From positions 1 to 64,000 of the forward strand of contig CDROCS010005249.1 of the NCBI GenBank assembly GCA_977020255.1: 64,000 nucleotides of DNA. Reading direction: 5' to 3'. The number at the start of each line of letters is the position of its first letter. Positions within the stretch are counted from its first letter, which is position 1. Positions 61,157 to 64,000 of the stretch are shown here, in pieces. A program made the translations under genes and the position numbers. The notes under the pieces were generated by a model, which ran no database searches, was not told the origin of the DNA, and worked only from the letters and a program-made list of their open reading frames with translations. Source of the DNA: Obrimoposthia wandeli. Lineage: Eukaryota.

Positions 61157-62137
61157 ATGAAGTCAAAAATAAAAACAACGACACTCGCAGGAACAGTAGC
61201 CGCACTAGGAATCTGTTCTATGCTGATTACACCTACGGTATCTGCACAACAGTTCGTCTCGATAGGAACAGGCGGGGTGACCGGCGTATATTATCCAACA
61301 GGTGGTGCGATATGTCGTTTGGTTAACAAAAAGCGTAAAGAGCATGGTATTCGTTGCTCGGCCGAGTCTACTGGCGGCTCTATTTATAATATTAATACGA
61401 TTAAAGCAGGTGAGCTAGAGTTTGGTGTTGCGCAATCTGATTGGCAATTTCATGCGTACAATGGCACCTCAAAATTTGCAGAGGCGGGTAAGTTTGAAAA
61501 GCTAAGAGCTGTTTTTTCTGTGCATCCAGAACCAGTAACGGTTATTGCTAGAGCGGATGCAAAGGCAACCAACATTACCGATTTAAAAGGTAAGCGTATG
61601 AACATTGGTAACCCAGGTTCTGGTACGCGAGGTACTTGGGATGTTCTTGAAGAGACGTTGGGGTGGAAACGCTCTGACCTTGCGCTGGCAGCAGAAATGA
61701 AATCTGCCGAAACAGGCGCTGCTATTTGTGATGGAAAAATTGACAGCTATTTCTGGTTAGTGGGTCACCCATCAGCACTAACCCAAGAATCTCTAGCCTC
61801 TTGTGATGCAAACTTAGTTAACGTTGATACGCCAGAAATTGATAAATTAGTGGCCGATAAACCTTATTATCGTAAAGCGACTATCCCAGCAAATATGTAT
61901 AACAACAAGGAAGATATCACGACCTTTGGCGTGGGTGCCACGTTCGTCTCTAGTTCTGATGTGCCAGTAGATGTTGTTTATACTGTTGTTCAAGCTGTTT
62001 TCGAAAACTTTGATCAATTCAAAAAGCTTCATCCAGCTTTTGCTAATCTAAAGCCTGAGGAAATGATTAAAGACTCTCTATCTGCACCGCTTCATGATGG
62101 TGCTATCAAATACTACAAAGAAAAAGGTTGGATGTAA
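61157..62137 (+). CDS. TAXI-family TRAP transporter solute-binding protein
   Basis: [41 protein letters not shown]. Confidence 0.95.
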   Translation: MKSKIKTTTLAGTVAALGICSMLITPTVSAQQFVSIGTGGVTGVYYPTGGAICRLVNKKRKEHGIRCSAESTGGSIYNINTIKAGELEFGVAQSDWQFHAYNGTSKFAEAGKFEKLRAVFSVHPEPVTVIARADAKATNITDLKGKRMNIGNPGSGTRGTWDVLEETLGWKRSDLALAAEMKSAETGAAICDGKIDSYFWLVGHPSALTQESLASCDANLVNVDTPEIDKLVADKPYYRKATIPANMYNNKEDITTFGVGATFVSSSDVPVDVVYTVVQAVFENFDQFKKLHPAFANLKPEEMIKDSLSAPLHDGAIKYYKEKGWM

Positions 62138-62152
62138 TATCCATTAGCTTTT

Positions 62153-62178
62153 TAGGTGGGGCTATAAACCCCACCTTT
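62153..62178 (+). terminator. Hairpin after the TAXI gene (terminator or mRNA stabiliser)
   Basis: AGGTGGGG / CCCCACCT stem. Confidence 0.55.
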
Positions 62179-62452
62179 AGTCATCCATATCTTAGTTAAA
62201 AGTGAGTATTATCCCTGTCTTATCGTTGTTTTTAAACACGGTTTAAGACGTTGATTTTTTTATTTAAACAACACAGCTAGTGTTATAGCTTTACGCTCCT
62301 TGATAGCCATGTAATTAAGATAATATAAAAATAATAATTTTACTAAGTTGAACTAGAACTCAATTATATTCCATAAAAAAATAACCCATTGAATATGAAT
62401 TCGTTTTTGATTTCTAAAACCGACTTAGCCGCTCTTTTTATGAGGGAATATA

Positions 62453-64000
62453 ATGACCGATAATAAAAGCACCACCAGTGCTGATGAATTAGTGGCACAA
62501 GTTGATACCGGAGCCCGAAACCCAATGGGTTGGCAGCAGGGCATTATCCCGTTTGTCTGTTTCAGCTGGGCGCTTTATCAAATTTATATTGCATCAGAGC
62601 TACCGTTTTGGCTGAGTACCACAACAGGCATTGATTTTTTCCAATTCATAGGTAATTTATCGATTTCTCGTAAAGTGCATCTAACATTCGCAATAGTATT
62701 AGCCACACTCGCTTTCCCTTTATTTAAAACAAGCCCTCGAAATAAAATCCCTTGGTATGACTGGCTGTTATTAAGCTGCGGGGTCGCGTCCATGTTGTAT
62801 ATGATTGTTATGTACAACGACATATCCAATCGAGCAGGTGATTTTTCTCACCAATCTATTACCGCTGATATGAGTTTGGCTATTATCGGGTTTATTGTTT
62901 TAACCTTGGCTGTTTATCGATCCTTAGGCCTTCCTTTAATTATTGTCGCTGGTCTTTTAGCAGGTTATGTATTTGTAGGGGGCGGTAACTGGGGCGGGGC
63001 TTCATTTGTAAAAGGCATGTGGCATTTTTGGATGCAAGAAGAAGGCGTTTTTGGTAAGCCATTGGCCGTATCTACCCAAACTATTTTCCTATTTGTTCTG
63101 TTTGGCGCTATCTTAGAAAAAGCAGGCGCTGGCGGTTATTTCATTAAAATTGCATTCGCATTATTAGGGCACTTTAAAGGGGGGCCGGCTAAAGCGGCTG
63201 TTATTGCATCAGCGCTAAGTGGTTTGTATTCAGGATCTTCCATTGCCAATACCGTTACTACGGGAACATTTACTATTCCATTGATGAAGCGCACCGGCTT
63301 TTCAGCTGAAAAAGCAGGAGCTGTTGAAGTCGCCTCATCTACTAATGGTCAGTTAATGCCACCGGTCATGGGAGCAGCTGCATTTCTTATCGCTGAATTC
63401 ACAGGGGTTGAATATACAACACTACTAAAACACGCCTTACTTCCTGCCATTGTCTCATACATTGCACTTATCTATATTGTGCATATTGAAGCCTGTAAGT
63501 TAGGGTTGAAGGGGTTGCCTAAACCGCCTTCTTCGAAAAGTCTAAGTCAAAAATTAATCGGCTTTTTAGGTGGGTTTATTACAATATCCATCTTGTTTAT
63601 ATTGGTGTATTTCACTTTAGGCTGGGTAAAAGCAAGTTTCCCGGCTATCACTGTATTTACGGTGATGCTTATTTCTTGCCTCATTTATTTAGTTTTACTC
63701 TACATTGCATCTAAACGTCCAGATCTAGAGCAAGATGATCCCGACTCACCTATTACCGAACTACCCGTTGCATCTGATACTGCTTGGACAGGGCTATATT
63801 TTTTGTTACCTATCATTATATTACTGTGGTGTATTTTACCGTCACCTGAAAGGCTCTCTGCCCATATTTCAGCCTATTATGCCTGCATGGCGATGCTATT
63901 TATCGCTTTGACACAACATCCTTTAAAAGCCTTTTTTAGAAAGACCGGTGGCTTTCAGCAACAGTTCAATAAAGGATATGCCCAAGCAGTGGATGGTATT
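62453..64000 (+). CDS. TRAP transporter 4TM/12TM fused permease, truncated by the window end (absent from the ORF track)
   Basis: MTDNKSTTSADELVAQVDTGARNP...; IFLFVLFGAILE; GGPAKAAV; SGSSIANTVTTG; AVEVASSTNGQLMPPVMGAAAF. Confidence 0.93.
   Translation, partial: MTDNKSTTSADELVAQVDTGARNPMGWQQGIIPFVCFSWALYQIYIASELPFWLSTTTGIDFFQFIGNLSISRKVHLTFAIVLATLAFPLFKTSPRNKIPWYDWLLLSCGVASMLYMIVMYNDISNRAGDFSHQSITADMSLAIIGFIVLTLAVYRSLGLPLIIVAGLLAGYVFVGGGNWGGASFVKGMWHFWMQEEGVFGKPLAVSTQTIFLFVLFGAILEKAGAGGYFIKIAFALLGHFKGGPAKAAVIASALSGLYSGSSIANTVTTGTFTIPLMKRTGFSAEKAGAVEVASSTNGQLMPPVMGAAAFLIAEFTGVEYTTLLKHALLPAIVSYIALIYIVHIEACKLGLKGLPKPPSSKSLSQKLIGFLGGFITISILFILVYFTLGWVKASFPAITVFTVMLISCLIYLVLLYIASKRPDLEQDDPDSPITELPVASDTAWTGLYFLLPIIILLWCILPSPERLSAHISAYYACMAMLFIALTQHPLKAFFRKTGGFQQQFNKGYAQAVDGI

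Noticed and set aside
2371-62829. The many short antisense or overlapping ORFs in the track (e.g. 2371..2577, 12923..15013 plus-strand set, 30235..30564, 55791..56858, 62584..62829)
   Set aside because: They lie within well-supported genes on the other strand or frame and are typical shadow ORFs.

Overview
Chromosomal-looking, AT-rich 64-kb window from what appears to be a marine gammaproteobacterium (inferred from gene content, not established). No rRNA, tRNA, CRISPR array or prophage was seen. Main content: fabV; a GlxA-type regulator; a membrane PAS-GGDEF-EAL protein; decayed IS3- and IS4-family elements next to a truncated PAS histidine kinase; an SLC5/STAC histidine kinase with a small upstream membrane protein; an EVE protein; a di-heme peroxidase; a CsdA-CsdE fusion; the arsC-wrbA-DUF2069/yihY block; a MOSC-reductase-ferredoxin fusion; gabD-gabT; four LysR modules; a complete liuR-liuABCD-liuE-acyl-CoA synthetase leucine cluster with a LiuR operator; fhs; and a TAXI TRAP system cut by the window end. 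The most interesting signals are: (1) the N-terminal sensor of the GGDEF-EAL protein aligns by eye with the VUT/YhhQ queuosine-precursor transporter family, so there may be two transporter-derived sensors within about 10 kb; (2) three unannotated non-coding repeat families: a 153-bp IS4-related MITE (3 copies, 18-bp TIRs, 9-bp TSDs), a 156/157-bp full-length hairpin element (2 copies) and a 27-bp REP-like palindrome (4 copies). All family calls come from reading motifs; no database search was run.
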